Shown here: one piece after another, positions 1 to 10,458 of the stretch
How the letters are laid out: each line of letters starts with the position of its first letter
Numbering within the stretch: the stretch's first letter is position 1
Assembly (NCBI GenBank): GCA_964247055.1
Contig: OZ176051.1
Span: 1,302,001-1,366,000 of the forward strand
DNA length: 64,000 nucleotides
Source of the DNA: Paragordius varius
Taxonomy: Eukaryota > Animalia > Nematomorpha
Reading direction: 5' to 3'
Made by a program: the position numbers and the translations under genes
The notes under the pieces: model-generated
Seen by the model: only the letters and a program-made list of their open reading frames with translations
Databases searched by the model: none
What the model was told of the DNA's origin: nothing

Positions 1-185
1 TGAAAACTGCTATAAATTCATTGCTAATCAAATTATTTGAACAGTCTACGGATGTAACCACAGAACTTACAAATGTAAATCTTATCGATGATTCGACTGA
101 AATTTCTTCCAGAAAATTTAACAGTTGGTGGCTTTTTACAGAATGTTATTTCAATAATCCGTTGTATACCATGAATATGCATTAA
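1..185 (+). CDS. 3' end of the partner 184-codon ORF from the preceding unit
   Basis: Encodes ...KTAINSL...RKFNSWWLFTECYFNNPLYTMNMH*, matching the other copies. Confidence 0.75.
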   Translation, partial: KTAINSLLIKLFEQSTDVTTELTNVNLIDDSTEISSRKFNSWWLFTECYFNNPLYTMNMH

Positions 186-206
186 GTGATATTTTCTGGA
201 TTTTTT

Positions 207-237
207 AATAAAACAATTACTAAACACAACATTTATT
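207..237. terminator. Opposed polyadenylation signals between the convergent stops (repeated at every unit junction)
   Basis: AATAAA on + at 207-212. AATAAA on - at 237-232 overlaps the ADAMTS TAA. The stop codons are only 50 bp apart. Confidence 0.55.
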
Positions 238-2592
238 ATTTACAAGGGCACGGTCTAGAAACCAAAGGTTTTTGTCTATATCGAGAACAGATGCTATCAT
301 CAATAAAATCTTTTAGCGACGGGTCTTTGACACAAAAAACTGACCGATACTGTAATGTTGGGCTGAAATATAGAGAGGATTCATTTTTCGAATGGTATGA
401 TGAAAAAGTTGTATTAACGTCTTTTGTTGTTTCGCGGCAGAAACAAGGTTGCCAGTATCCTAACCACCAAAAAGGGAGACAAGTAAAATTATTGCATTTT
501 CGGGATAAAGTTGCTTTAGGTTTTGGTTGAGGACAAAGTTTATCACTCACTTTGAGTCCAGATATGGAATTGGCACAAAAATAAGCCTTATTTTGTGTGC
601 CCATTTTGTTGTTATTAGAATTTTCAAAACTACATTTTTTATTGCATGGACTCCAATCAGTTAATGCCCAGATGTATGATGTGTTGGTGGGATCATTGGA
701 ATTTAAACTTTTGTTTGGCTTTACAGATTTGTGATAATAGTTGACAGATATATTGATCGAAACATTTAACTGAGTAATAAGAACATAAACGATCATATCT
801 TTTTCGAGTGGACCCACGATTGAAATTAATTCTTGATGACTTTTTTTGGTTGAAGTATAGTTATAAACTACGGCTTTTACTGCTGATGAGGTTTTTACCC
901 TATGTACCCCAAACCAGGTGATTGTTAAATTGCCATTAAGCATATATTCAGCATCCTGTGCATAAGTCAGAGCTAAATAATTAGCATTCTCACTCATTTC
1001 TTGAACGGTTATTTGTGTTGCATCTTTTGGAATGGTTGCTACACTCAAATACGAGCTTGCATTGTTCTCCAAAAAACTATCCTCAACCTGACTCGTGTTA
1101 AGAAAAACATAATTTTCCACTTTTTTGCAATTTTTATTGCCTCCATCACAGATGAGACAATTATCTTTCTTAGCTCGGCTCTCGAGTCTTCGATCGCAAG
1201 CTATCGGATGACAACGCCCTTCTATACAAACACCATCTATAAACAAACGAATCATTGAGATAAAAAGAAATAGTTATTAGGTTTAAAGAGTTTCCTATTA
1301 TCTATTTTGATTAAAACTGGCGGAGTTCAAGATAATCGTTTATTTTACTTATGCACCGTTTACTCGATTAAAAAAATATATTTTTAACCAATATTTGTAA
1401 TGTATTTGCAAAATAACTTTTACTTACTGTATTCGATATCACTTTTAATTTCTAGTGGCGTGTGTTCGAAATTAACACTACCCATATTACACAAAGTCCC
1501 ATCTCGTAAACTGTGAGCATATGAATCGATCATTTCTAAGCTAACATTTTTCGTAATATTTGGATGTGAAATTAAACTTTGCGATTCATTTAGTTTTTCT
1601 TCGTTTGGCACGGATGATTGATATTCCGATTGAATATTTTTGCAGTTTAAATGACAGGCAGGTGCGCCATACATAATGGTTTGATAGTCAAAAATCCAAG
1701 TAGAATTGCATATTCCTTTAATTTTACATCCATACTCCTGACATTGGTAATTGGGATTGTATTCGTCTTAAATATATTGCAATTGATAATGAATTAACAA
1801 TAAAAATGGAAACTATACGGACAAAATATAAAAATATAAAGACATAATTTTTTTCAAAAGACAACCATGCTTTTTAAACCTAAATTTATCCTAAAAAAAG
1901 CATTTAATTAAATCGTAAAATAAATAATTGACTGTGTTACCAATTTACATTTCTATATTATACTTTATAGTTTAAAACAATAAATTCTATTTTAAAAAAA
2001 TCAAGATTAAAAAAGTATGGTTGTTTTTTTCAAAAAAATATTTGTCTTATTTTCACGTTTTGTCCGTATAATTGCAATTTTTACTTTAAAGCTGTTGATA
2101 TAAAAATGTTTTGCCAGTCCAAAATAACACTTTTGAAAATTTTATATTTTTATACTATATATAAGTTGAATTAAACATCAAATATAAAAATATAGATTAT
2201 AATATATTTCGATTCATCAGATACAAATTTATTGTCGACCCTAAAAATAATAATATCATTATTTAAGAATTCAGGTTATTTCCCTTGCAAAGTGCTTATG
2301 AGCCTTAATATACGACAATTCCCCTATTCCAACTCTAATCTGAACGAAAATTTATTACTTTTAATAGGATTAACGTATGGTGCAAAATAAAAATATCTGT
2401 TTTTTTAAAATAATATTTAGATAAAAAAATTAACTTTTATTATTTATTATGTTTGCATAATATTACCTTCATACTCATTTTCTTTCTTACAATCCCTTAA
2501 GTTGCAAGTTTTATAGCGAGTTTTTCGACCAACACAAAAGGTCCCATCGTTTGTCGGACTTTATTAATTTATAAGACATTAAAACTTCAAAT

Positions 2593-2857
2593 ATACCATT
2601 TACAGAAATTCACCTTCAAACAATTCAAATTCATTCTAAAATTAAAAAAATACCTATATTTTTTAAATTTTTTTTTAAAAAAAAAGTTTAAAATTAATAT
2701 AAACTGAAAAAAATAATAAACTATGTCATAAGATAATTTTCTCATTTATGATGAGTTATATTAGCCCGATAACACATAATTTATTTTCAGGGTGAATTTG
2801 AATTGTTCAAGGGTGAATTTAAAATGTTTTAGGGTAAATTTGAATTGTAAATGGTAT
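2593..2857. mobile_element. MITE family A (TACCATTTAC...GTAAATGGTA, TA TSD, subterminal ~20-bp repeats), ADAMTS intron 6, U1
   Basis: Inverted termini plus repeated aattcaaattcaccc / gggtgaatttgaatt. Empty site at 63355-63356 in U7. Confidence 0.78.
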
Positions 2858-3802
2858 ATTACAAATTCTGATCATACAAAAAGCATATCAAAAAAATTGA
2901 TTTTTTATTACATATTGTTTTAAGATATTTTTATCGAAATATTACTTTGTACATTAGAGGCCCTTAAATTGGAAATTATTGTAAATATAAAAATACCATA
3001 TTAATCAAATTAGAAAACATAAATGATAAAAAAATTATCACCAAAACAATTTATCTTAATTTTCCTAAACCATAAATAATTTACGTGGGATTATCACATG
3101 CCCGAGTTGATTTGGAAAGACCTATACCACAAGATTTACTACACGGAGTCCAAGGGCCCCAATGTCCCCAATTACCTATTTGCTGGAAAGTTTTATCATT
3201 AAGGCGTCTGAGATTTTGAGTTACTGCAATACATTCCTTGTTATAACACCATTTATTAACTCCACAATAGGTCCCATCCTCAACCATTTTCATTTTACTG
3301 ATGCATTTACCATTCACTTTACACCAGAGTGTACCACTGCATATATCCTGTTTTAGTTATCAATCAAAAGTGAGAAATTTTGAGCAAATTTACAGATAAT
3401 TAAGCGGTAATATTTCATATTATTTTATGTTATGTAAAATATTGCTAGTCATTTTTAACTCATAATCAAAATTATGAATTATATCAGACCTAAAATCTTT
3501 TAAAATACTATAATATATTTGATATAAAATATAAGGGTTTTTAGTAATCTACTCTTGTAATTTAGCTTTATATTTGTAAATATTCATAATTGTGTTAAAA
3601 TTAAATTATGTACAAATAATATATATATTAATGAGTATATCTCTAAAATAGGAGTTATCTAAACAACAAAATTTAAATTAAGAGAAAAATAAATTACCAC
3701 CTTTTGGGACAAAATAATCAATTATCATAATAATTATGACCTATAAATTAATCAAATAAAAATTGAAATATGAAAGGCTTATATCTGTGGACGAACTTTG
3801 AG

Positions 3803-4798
3803 TCTGTATATTTATAAAAATGGAAAATGCTGGCTGTGTGATCTGTTTCCCGAAAACCGGTGGACCCATTCAAATCCAAATATCGAAATAATTTTTAATG
3901 AATGCCTTGACAATAGCTTCGCCCCTTTTTGTAGGGCCCCGGTTTGGGTCAACCCCGTGTAAAAAACGGGTTTTTTAAAAAACATGTCCACAAAAACCGT
4001 GTCTTTGAGAAAATTTTCCGGAAAACTTGTTGGACTATTCGATTTTAAATAAAATTTTTTTTACTTATTTTCGATTGCGCCGAACATAGTCGGCTGGCTT
4101 TTTTAATTTAGGCCCGTTTTTTCTCGCTCACCCCGTAAAATGCCATTTTTTTCAAAAAACAAAGTCCACAAAAATAATTTTTTGATTTTATTTTTCGATT
4201 AAGGTATGAGACCGTTAAAATTCAATATAACCATGTATTCCCTCTTAAAAGGCAAAAAATTTAGTCAAGAGTTTCTATCATGATAGCTGCTGGGTAGGAA
4301 ACTACCTGCGAAAAACTGATTCGTCATATCGAAATAGCGTGCTTTTGGGGCTAAATTTCAGAAAACCTATGAGGCCATATGGGTTTAATAGCTGCTCAAA
4401 GTATTACTCTTAAAAAGTCAAAAATTTTAGTCGAGCGGATTTTTCGAATTAGCTGTTAAATAGGCCCTTTGCTCTCTAAAAAATGCGCTATCATTGAACT
4501 ATTATTTAGTTTTGAAGCCATTTTTCCATAAACTATTAGGAATGAATCATGATTCCAGGTATAAAGGCAAAAGTACTAACTACATTTTTATATTGTCCTC
4601 TTAGTATGGGGCTACCCGCCTACAACTGCGCCATCATATCGATACAGCATGCCTTTGGCAAATTTCAGATTATGAGACCATCTGAATCATTTTCGTGCCG
4701 CATAACATTGCTTATAAAATCGAAAATGCCCCCCCCCCCCCCCCCCAGAAGTCCGAAGGACTTACTCGGGCTGCGTAGCAGCACTAGATTTACGCTAG
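3803..4798 (+). mobile_element. Non-autonomous Helitron in ADAMTS intron 5, U1
   Basis: 5' TC, 3' hairpin plus CTAG|T, no TSD. Empty site gaactttgaa|tattc in U2 and U4. Confidence 0.82.
4729..4746. repeat. C18 homopolymer inside the Helitron 3' region (also about 23223, 44280, 54308)
   Basis: Direct reading; the length varies between copies. Confidence 0.9.
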
Positions 4799-6836
4799 TA
4801 CTCATATATATATAAATCAAATTTATCTTTTTAAGTCAGAAATATTAATCTATACTTCTATACCGGGACAGTATGTGGTATTTCGTAATCCCATGTTCAA
4901 TCGGCATTGGTGATCTAGGTTGTATTGTGTTCCCAAAAAATCGGTGGCTATTTTGGCTTGCAAAACTTGATCGTACGGTTTTAAGTGGAAAATAGTAAAG
5001 TTTCGATAGATATCTTGAAATATTGAAGGCGTATTTATAGAGTCTAGGGTTACATTTTTTAAGATAAGATTTAATTTTTTTTCTTGTCCATTCACAGTTT
5101 TCAAATGTTGAATCAAATGTTGGGACAAATTTTTTTAATAAGTTTCTGTGTCGATGACTGTCACGTATTGAATAAAGGGTTCAATATATAATAACATTGA
5201 CTCCTTTTCTATAATAGTTTTTGGTGGATGGGAGGAGGACATATTTTCGCTATTTGCCTTTAAACAATCTGCATTTTGTTTTTGAATGAAACCGGTTAAC
5301 TCTTGGTAACTACAGTTGGACCATATAAGATCGGCCTCTAAACTTTGGGGTAACTGAGAATCCATAATGTATGGCATTTTTTTGGATTCATTATTTTGCT
5401 TTTTTTGACTTCGATTAACATTGTGCCTTAAACAAAATTCCATTGTATCATGTTTCATACCTAATCTAACAACAACAATAGATGTAAATAATTTTTTTCA
5501 AAAAAAATAATTTCAGTTAAGACCGATAAATGCAAAAAGGTTAATTTTTGATTTATTATTTTGGATGTCATATTTTACAATAAAACTTTTGTTGTAGATA
5601 AATTATTTTTTGTTATAAAGTATTAAATCAGCATTTAATATTGTCATGAAATAAATCCTATGTTTGGATACACAACAACTACTTTATTTATATTCATAAA
5701 GTGGTTTTTCCTAAAAACGCAAAATTATCTTAGAAAGATCATCTCTTAGTCATTTAGACTGGGATTCCTGAAGTAAAATACAGAATTTTTGCCCTTTGTA
5801 TTTAAAGTATTTGGTATTTTCTTAAGCATCTTGTTAATTTTCTTTTGCTCAAAAATATTCCCCCCCCCCTCCAAAATATTTATTTCCTATCTCAAGTTTA
5901 AATAAAGTAAAAAAAGGAAATAATGTGTACAAATGTCCGATTTCATGTGCAATGGTGAATGCTGTGCTTAGTCCAGTATCTTCTGCAATGACACAACTCC
6001 TCCCATTCTGACAAATGGAACCGACTTCGGCCATCCCTAAAGTATTACAAGGCGTGTAATTTTGAGCGCATAAATCTAATCTAGTACAAATTATGCAACA
6101 TATTTAAGAATGTGAAATCAACTTTTCATTTATTGAACAAACATTTTTTAAAATATAATTGTTCAGTTTATTTACCGCATTTCTATGTTAAAATTGCAAA
6201 AAATAATTCTATGAAGGAAAAAATACTTTGTTAACATGATGGCCACATGATAAGATGGAACCAACTGACTTTTATTGAATAATGTGTATTGCCAAGCACA
6301 GAAGCTTTTTAAGTAATCATCAGCATTGATTGTCATATTAACGGATTTAGGCTAAATGTTATACAATTTAAACTCTGATTATAAAATAATTTTAATAAAA
6401 AATTTAAAAATTACGATTGTCTTCAAATGTATCATAGAGTTCCATTCTATGGTAAGAGGGAATCCAAAACTTAAACGTTTAAATATGGAATCAACCTTTA
6501 TGTATAAATAATGTTCATTTCATAAAAATATTAATCGAAATAAAAAAACCAAAACCAGAATGGATTTAGGAAAGTTGGAATTGTTTATGTTATATAAAAA
6601 CTAAAAATTTACCGGAGTATATGTAGATATTAACTCACCGAATGCATCAAAGTATATATGTAAGCTTCAACATCATAGTTTTTGTAATGCAAAACAAAAG
6701 ATTGTTCAGTAAAAACTATGGCTTTGATTATCATCGCCTCTAACATTGTGGATGTGATGTGGGACGCTGAATCTTCTGTAATAGAATTAGCGTAGATTAT
6801 ATAAAAACATTGCAAACTAAAAAGCAGAAATTGCAT

Positions 6837-7167
6837 TTTTAAATACTTTTAACATAATGTAAAAGATATTTTTCTTACAATGGCATCGCACCAAATGTTA
6901 TTCAGAATATGCTGCATAAACTTAATGCTTGCTTTAATTAATAAAAATATTCGATGGCTCATATTTCCATACTTATGCCTATATGAAAAGTATTTACTAT
7001 ATTTATATCTACATTGATATAAAAGTTAATTGTTTATATCAAACAAAATAACATTAATTTGAGTGTGGGAAATGGAAGTTAGTATGATGGTGAGAAGTTG
7101 ACTGTTTTATTGAAAACGCAAAACTCAGTTTGAGTAAATTTACACTTGTTTTGTCGTACAATTTGAG
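6837..7167. promoter_or_regulatory. Putative shared bidirectional promoter/5'UTR region between the divergent ATGs (repeated in each complete unit)
   Basis: 331 bp between start codons. Contains locally GC-richer blocks conserved across units (GAGTGTGGGAAATG, AACGCGTTACGCAGTTTGAGTAAATTT in most units). Confidence 0.45.
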
Positions 7168-7348
7168 ATGGAAACAGGTAATAATGAAATGGGGAATGAA
7201 CAAAAAAGACCTCCGATCCTACCTCCCCCATATAAGGAAGAAATTGAAGCTCAAGCTCCAAAGTTGGAAAACAATAATGGAGCCATTATATATCCAAATA
7301 CTACCCAATTAATAACGCAAAATCAAACATCGGCTGCCTTTCAGAATG
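7168..7348 (+). CDS. Partner gene exon 1 (Pro-rich, PPPY), U1; downstream exons damaged
   Basis: METGNNEMGNEQKRPPILPPPYKEEIE...FQN G|gt. The exon-2 acceptor is deleted in this unit. Confidence 0.55.
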
Positions 7349-7908
7349 GTTTTTTATAATAAAATCAATTAATATCTTTTTTTTTCTAATACCATCATTG
7401 CATTATTTATGGAAAAGTGCTAATATTTAAGAAAGTGCATATAAAATATGCTAAAATTATCAATTCCGTGAGCCAGAAAAAATTTTGATTATCGAAAATA
7501 TTTTAAAAATAATTAAATATTTATCTTTTATAAGTTTTCAAATCTTCGTTTTACTTAAAATAATAAACGCTAATGGTTCCACTATTAAAACATGTATAGA
7601 GTTTTCATCATAAATTTATTTCAACTGTAATGTTGATTAATAAAAACAATATGTTAAATTGTATATATAAACATCTTCCCATTTTATTTGCAAATGAACT
7701 CCTCAAATGCGTATGATAAAATACAAGTGTTTCAAGGGCAATCTTTATCAATTTTAGTACCGGGCTCAATATATAGAAAAATCCATATAAATAAGATACG
7801 TGTCACGAGTTTAAAAAACTTCAAAAAAGCATATTGTATTGATTGCTTATCTTTGTGTACCTTAATTTATTAATTTTGGATTGATCAAAATAATTTCCGT
7901 AAAATTGA

Positions 7909-8070
7909 ATTGGGTGGCAAAAAAATGTTACACTCATAAGCAAAAGACCTGACTTAAGTGTTTTTTTATCACCAATCTTCAAGTGTACACTTGATGGGTT
8001 AAGTGAAGTTGTTCAACTTCCCACGCTTGACTTAGAAGTCAAGTGCCACTTTTTTATCATGCCATCCAAT
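7909..8070. repeat. 162-bp inverted-repeat-bounded segment with internal palindromes (possible MITE) in partner intron haplotype X; also 26599-26761 and about 58437-58572
   Basis: ATTGGGTGGCA ... TGCCAyCCAAT ends. TCAAGTGTACACTTGA palindrome at 7979-7994 and a CTTGACTT-AG-AAGTCAAG hairpin. No clear TSD. Confidence 0.45.
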
Positions 8071-9539
8071 GTATGCATAGTTAAACATATGGATGGTGAA
8101 GATAGCGAGGAGCATCTTGAAGCTTCATTCCAAAAAATATCACTAACAGTTGCTATGAACTGCATATAAAAAGCAAAAAAAATGAATTTTTTGGTGTGGG
8201 CTCTGAAAGTCGCAAATTTTCGCTCTTCTAAAATGGGCTACTTTTCTTAAAATAAAATATCAACTAAAATATTTTCATAGCATAGTTTTATCAAAAATTA
8301 ATTTTTGGAAAACTTTGTTGAACCATACCTTAATTATATTGAGGTATTATGGAAACGGTATAAAAACGCTTTAAAACATTATAAAACACATTCTAAATTA
8401 GATAATGCTTAACATTTTTTCCCCTAAGAATTTTAGTACAAAGCGTTTGCTTAAATTTTAGTACAAAGCGTTTGCTTAAATTTTTGTAAAAAACACATAT
8501 TTGCTTTATCTTAAAGACTTGGTTCCTGTGGTGTATTACTAACAATCATTTTTTATAAAACTAACATACTAAAACTAAGTTTTGTTAGTGGCTCTGGTTA
8601 AACCGCGGTCATAAAAATTTAACAATCCATATAAAACCATTAAATTTTTCGGTTTTTATGGTGGAGCGCTTTTTAAAATAGAATTGTTTTCTAAATTTTT
8701 TTCTCCGAAACTTTGATTGAAACAGACCCAAACCTAAATTATAATTTATCCAAATATTGACATCATAATTATATATATTTTTATTCTTTTCATCTTTTAG
8801 ATTAAATTTTAGATATATGGCTTTGTAATTTTATTCATGAGTCGAAGGCTATGAACACACTTATGATTTTATCGATTGAACAGGATGGCATAAAGAAATT
8901 TTTGATTATGGCAATGATTATTATAATTCAAAAATATCAATATTCAATATATTAACGTGCGGGAGGTGGCTAAAATGAAATATATAAAATTTTAATATAA
9001 TCTACACAGATTGATAAACTTTGCTATTGCTAGATTAGTAAGTTTTTTACCCATAATTAAGGGATATTTGACCTTCCAAATTTAAAAATATATCAACGGA
9101 ATGGCGCATATATAAATGAAATGTAAGACTATAACTAAAAACCTATATGCTTTTTTGGTAAATTGTATAAAAATATTATAAAAGCTTTTAGATAAATAAG
9201 ACATAATGACGTTACTAGAGGTGTTAATTATTAAAACATTTATTTTTGACATGCGACAATTAAAATACATATTATTTGACGTCTTGCGATAGTTTTCGAC
9301 AATTATACATCCATGTATCTATGAATATTTTAATAATTTAATTCCCATGATATAACCCAAGAGACATCCATGAATTTGTATTAATATGATTAAAAACAAG
9401 AGTCGCCATAATATAATTTTTATTTAATCGGTATAGATCTTTGATCAGCACTATTAATCACACCGGAAATAATATGTATGCTAGTTTTAAATTTTCGCTA
9501 TTATTTAGATTAATTAAATGAAAGATTTTTATAAATAAC

Positions 9540-9792
9540 TCCACCCCTCAAATTCCCCCTCGAAATTCTTACCCTCAAATAAATTATATGTTTTTTAAGA
9601 TTAAAATTTGCCTATATTTTATATATTTTTGAAAAATATTATGTTTTAAATTAAAATAATATTGAAAAATAAAAAACTATGCCGCTTTCATATTAATAAG
9701 TTATAGTAGTTTGAAAGCACATTTAAGGGTGAATTTGAATTGGAGGGTGAATAATAATTGTTCAAAGGTGAATTTGAACTGTAAATGGTATA
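9540..9792. mobile_element. MITE family A, partner last intron, U1 (left end eroded)
   Basis: Right TIR gtaaatggtata and the subterminal repeats are present. Confidence 0.65.
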
Positions 9793-9852
9793 ATTTTAAA
9801 AATTTACTGTTAATATATAATTTTATAAGAACGTATTTACTATTTTAGAATT

Positions 9853-10408
9853 ATGAGTTTTGACAATTTAACATTGGTCGCGTTGAGTTCAATACCGTAT
9901 TGGTATGGGGTAGGGGAGGTGAAATATTGTTTTTATGAAAAAAGACATTACAAATATTCACTTCAACAATATTATTCATGGCGCCCAGATACTTTGGAAT
10001 GGGAAAGAATTGTTTTAACCGAAGATCAGCTGATGAAAAAAATTGAACCCTTTTATAGTCATTATATTTTACATATAAAATAGACAGAAATTAGAGAAAT
10101 CATATACAGTAATAGTTATAAGGAACACGATTATTCAAATGTTGATGGTAATGATGATAGGAATAAAGTTGCAAACATCATAAAAGAATATGTTGAAAAA
10201 TACAAAGCCATGCAGATATGAATTGAAAACTGCTATAAGTTCATTGCCAATCAAATTATTTGAACAGTCTACGGATGTAACCACAGAACTTACAAATGTA
10301 ATTCTTATCGATGATTCGACTGAAATTTCTTTCAGAAAATTTAACAGTTGGTGGCTTTTTACAGAATGTTATTTCAATAATCCGTTGTATACCATGAATA
10401 TGCATTAA
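9853..10408 (+). pseudogene. Partner terminal ORF, U1, disrupted
   Basis: TAT>TAG at 10081-10083 and a small deletion near 10215 split the ORF that has 184 codons in other units. Confidence 0.8.
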
Positions 10409-10458
10409 GAGATATTTTCAGGATTTTTTAATAAAACAATTACTAAACACAACATTTA

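Larger units (their letters stand above)
236..6836 (-). pseudogene. ADAMTS-family metalloprotease, copy U1, with premature stop
   Basis: Exons read by hand: 6639-6836, 6415-6495, 6227-6351, 5931-6080, 4856-5465, 3085-3347, 2467-2558, 1428-1766, 236-1236. All are GT-AG with compatible phases. HEIGHL|LGMKHD spans exons 4/5. GAA>TAA at 5135-5137 in exon 5. Confidence 0.88.

Noticed and set aside
2593-2857. Repeated ~20-bp units resembling a CRISPR array
   Set aside because: No unique spacers, the repeats are mirror-oriented in two arms with terminal inverted repeats, the context is eukaryotic and intron-rich, and there are no cas genes. This is a MITE.
3162-3356. Recurrent plus-strand ORFs ([10 protein letters not shown]..., MNGYLCCI..., MLSSIKSF...) and minus-strand ORFs such as MELDVQFL... 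and 33..227
   Set aside because: They are antisense shadows of real ADAMTS or partner exons, conserved only because the opposite strand is coding; they have variable starts and stops.
5135-5137. Non-standard genetic code or stop readthrough explaining in-frame TAA codons
   Set aside because: Each TAA is private to one copy and replaces a different residue (E, Y, K, Q), and TAA is also the normal terminator of both genes.
6881-6950. Upstream mini-exon MQHILNNIWCDAI that could splice in frame to the signal peptide
   Set aside because: It has a stop at codon 2 in U5 and is frameshifted in otherwise intact U6, so it is more likely 5'UTR. It is far too short to be a prodomain. It could in principle rescue the ATA start of U2.
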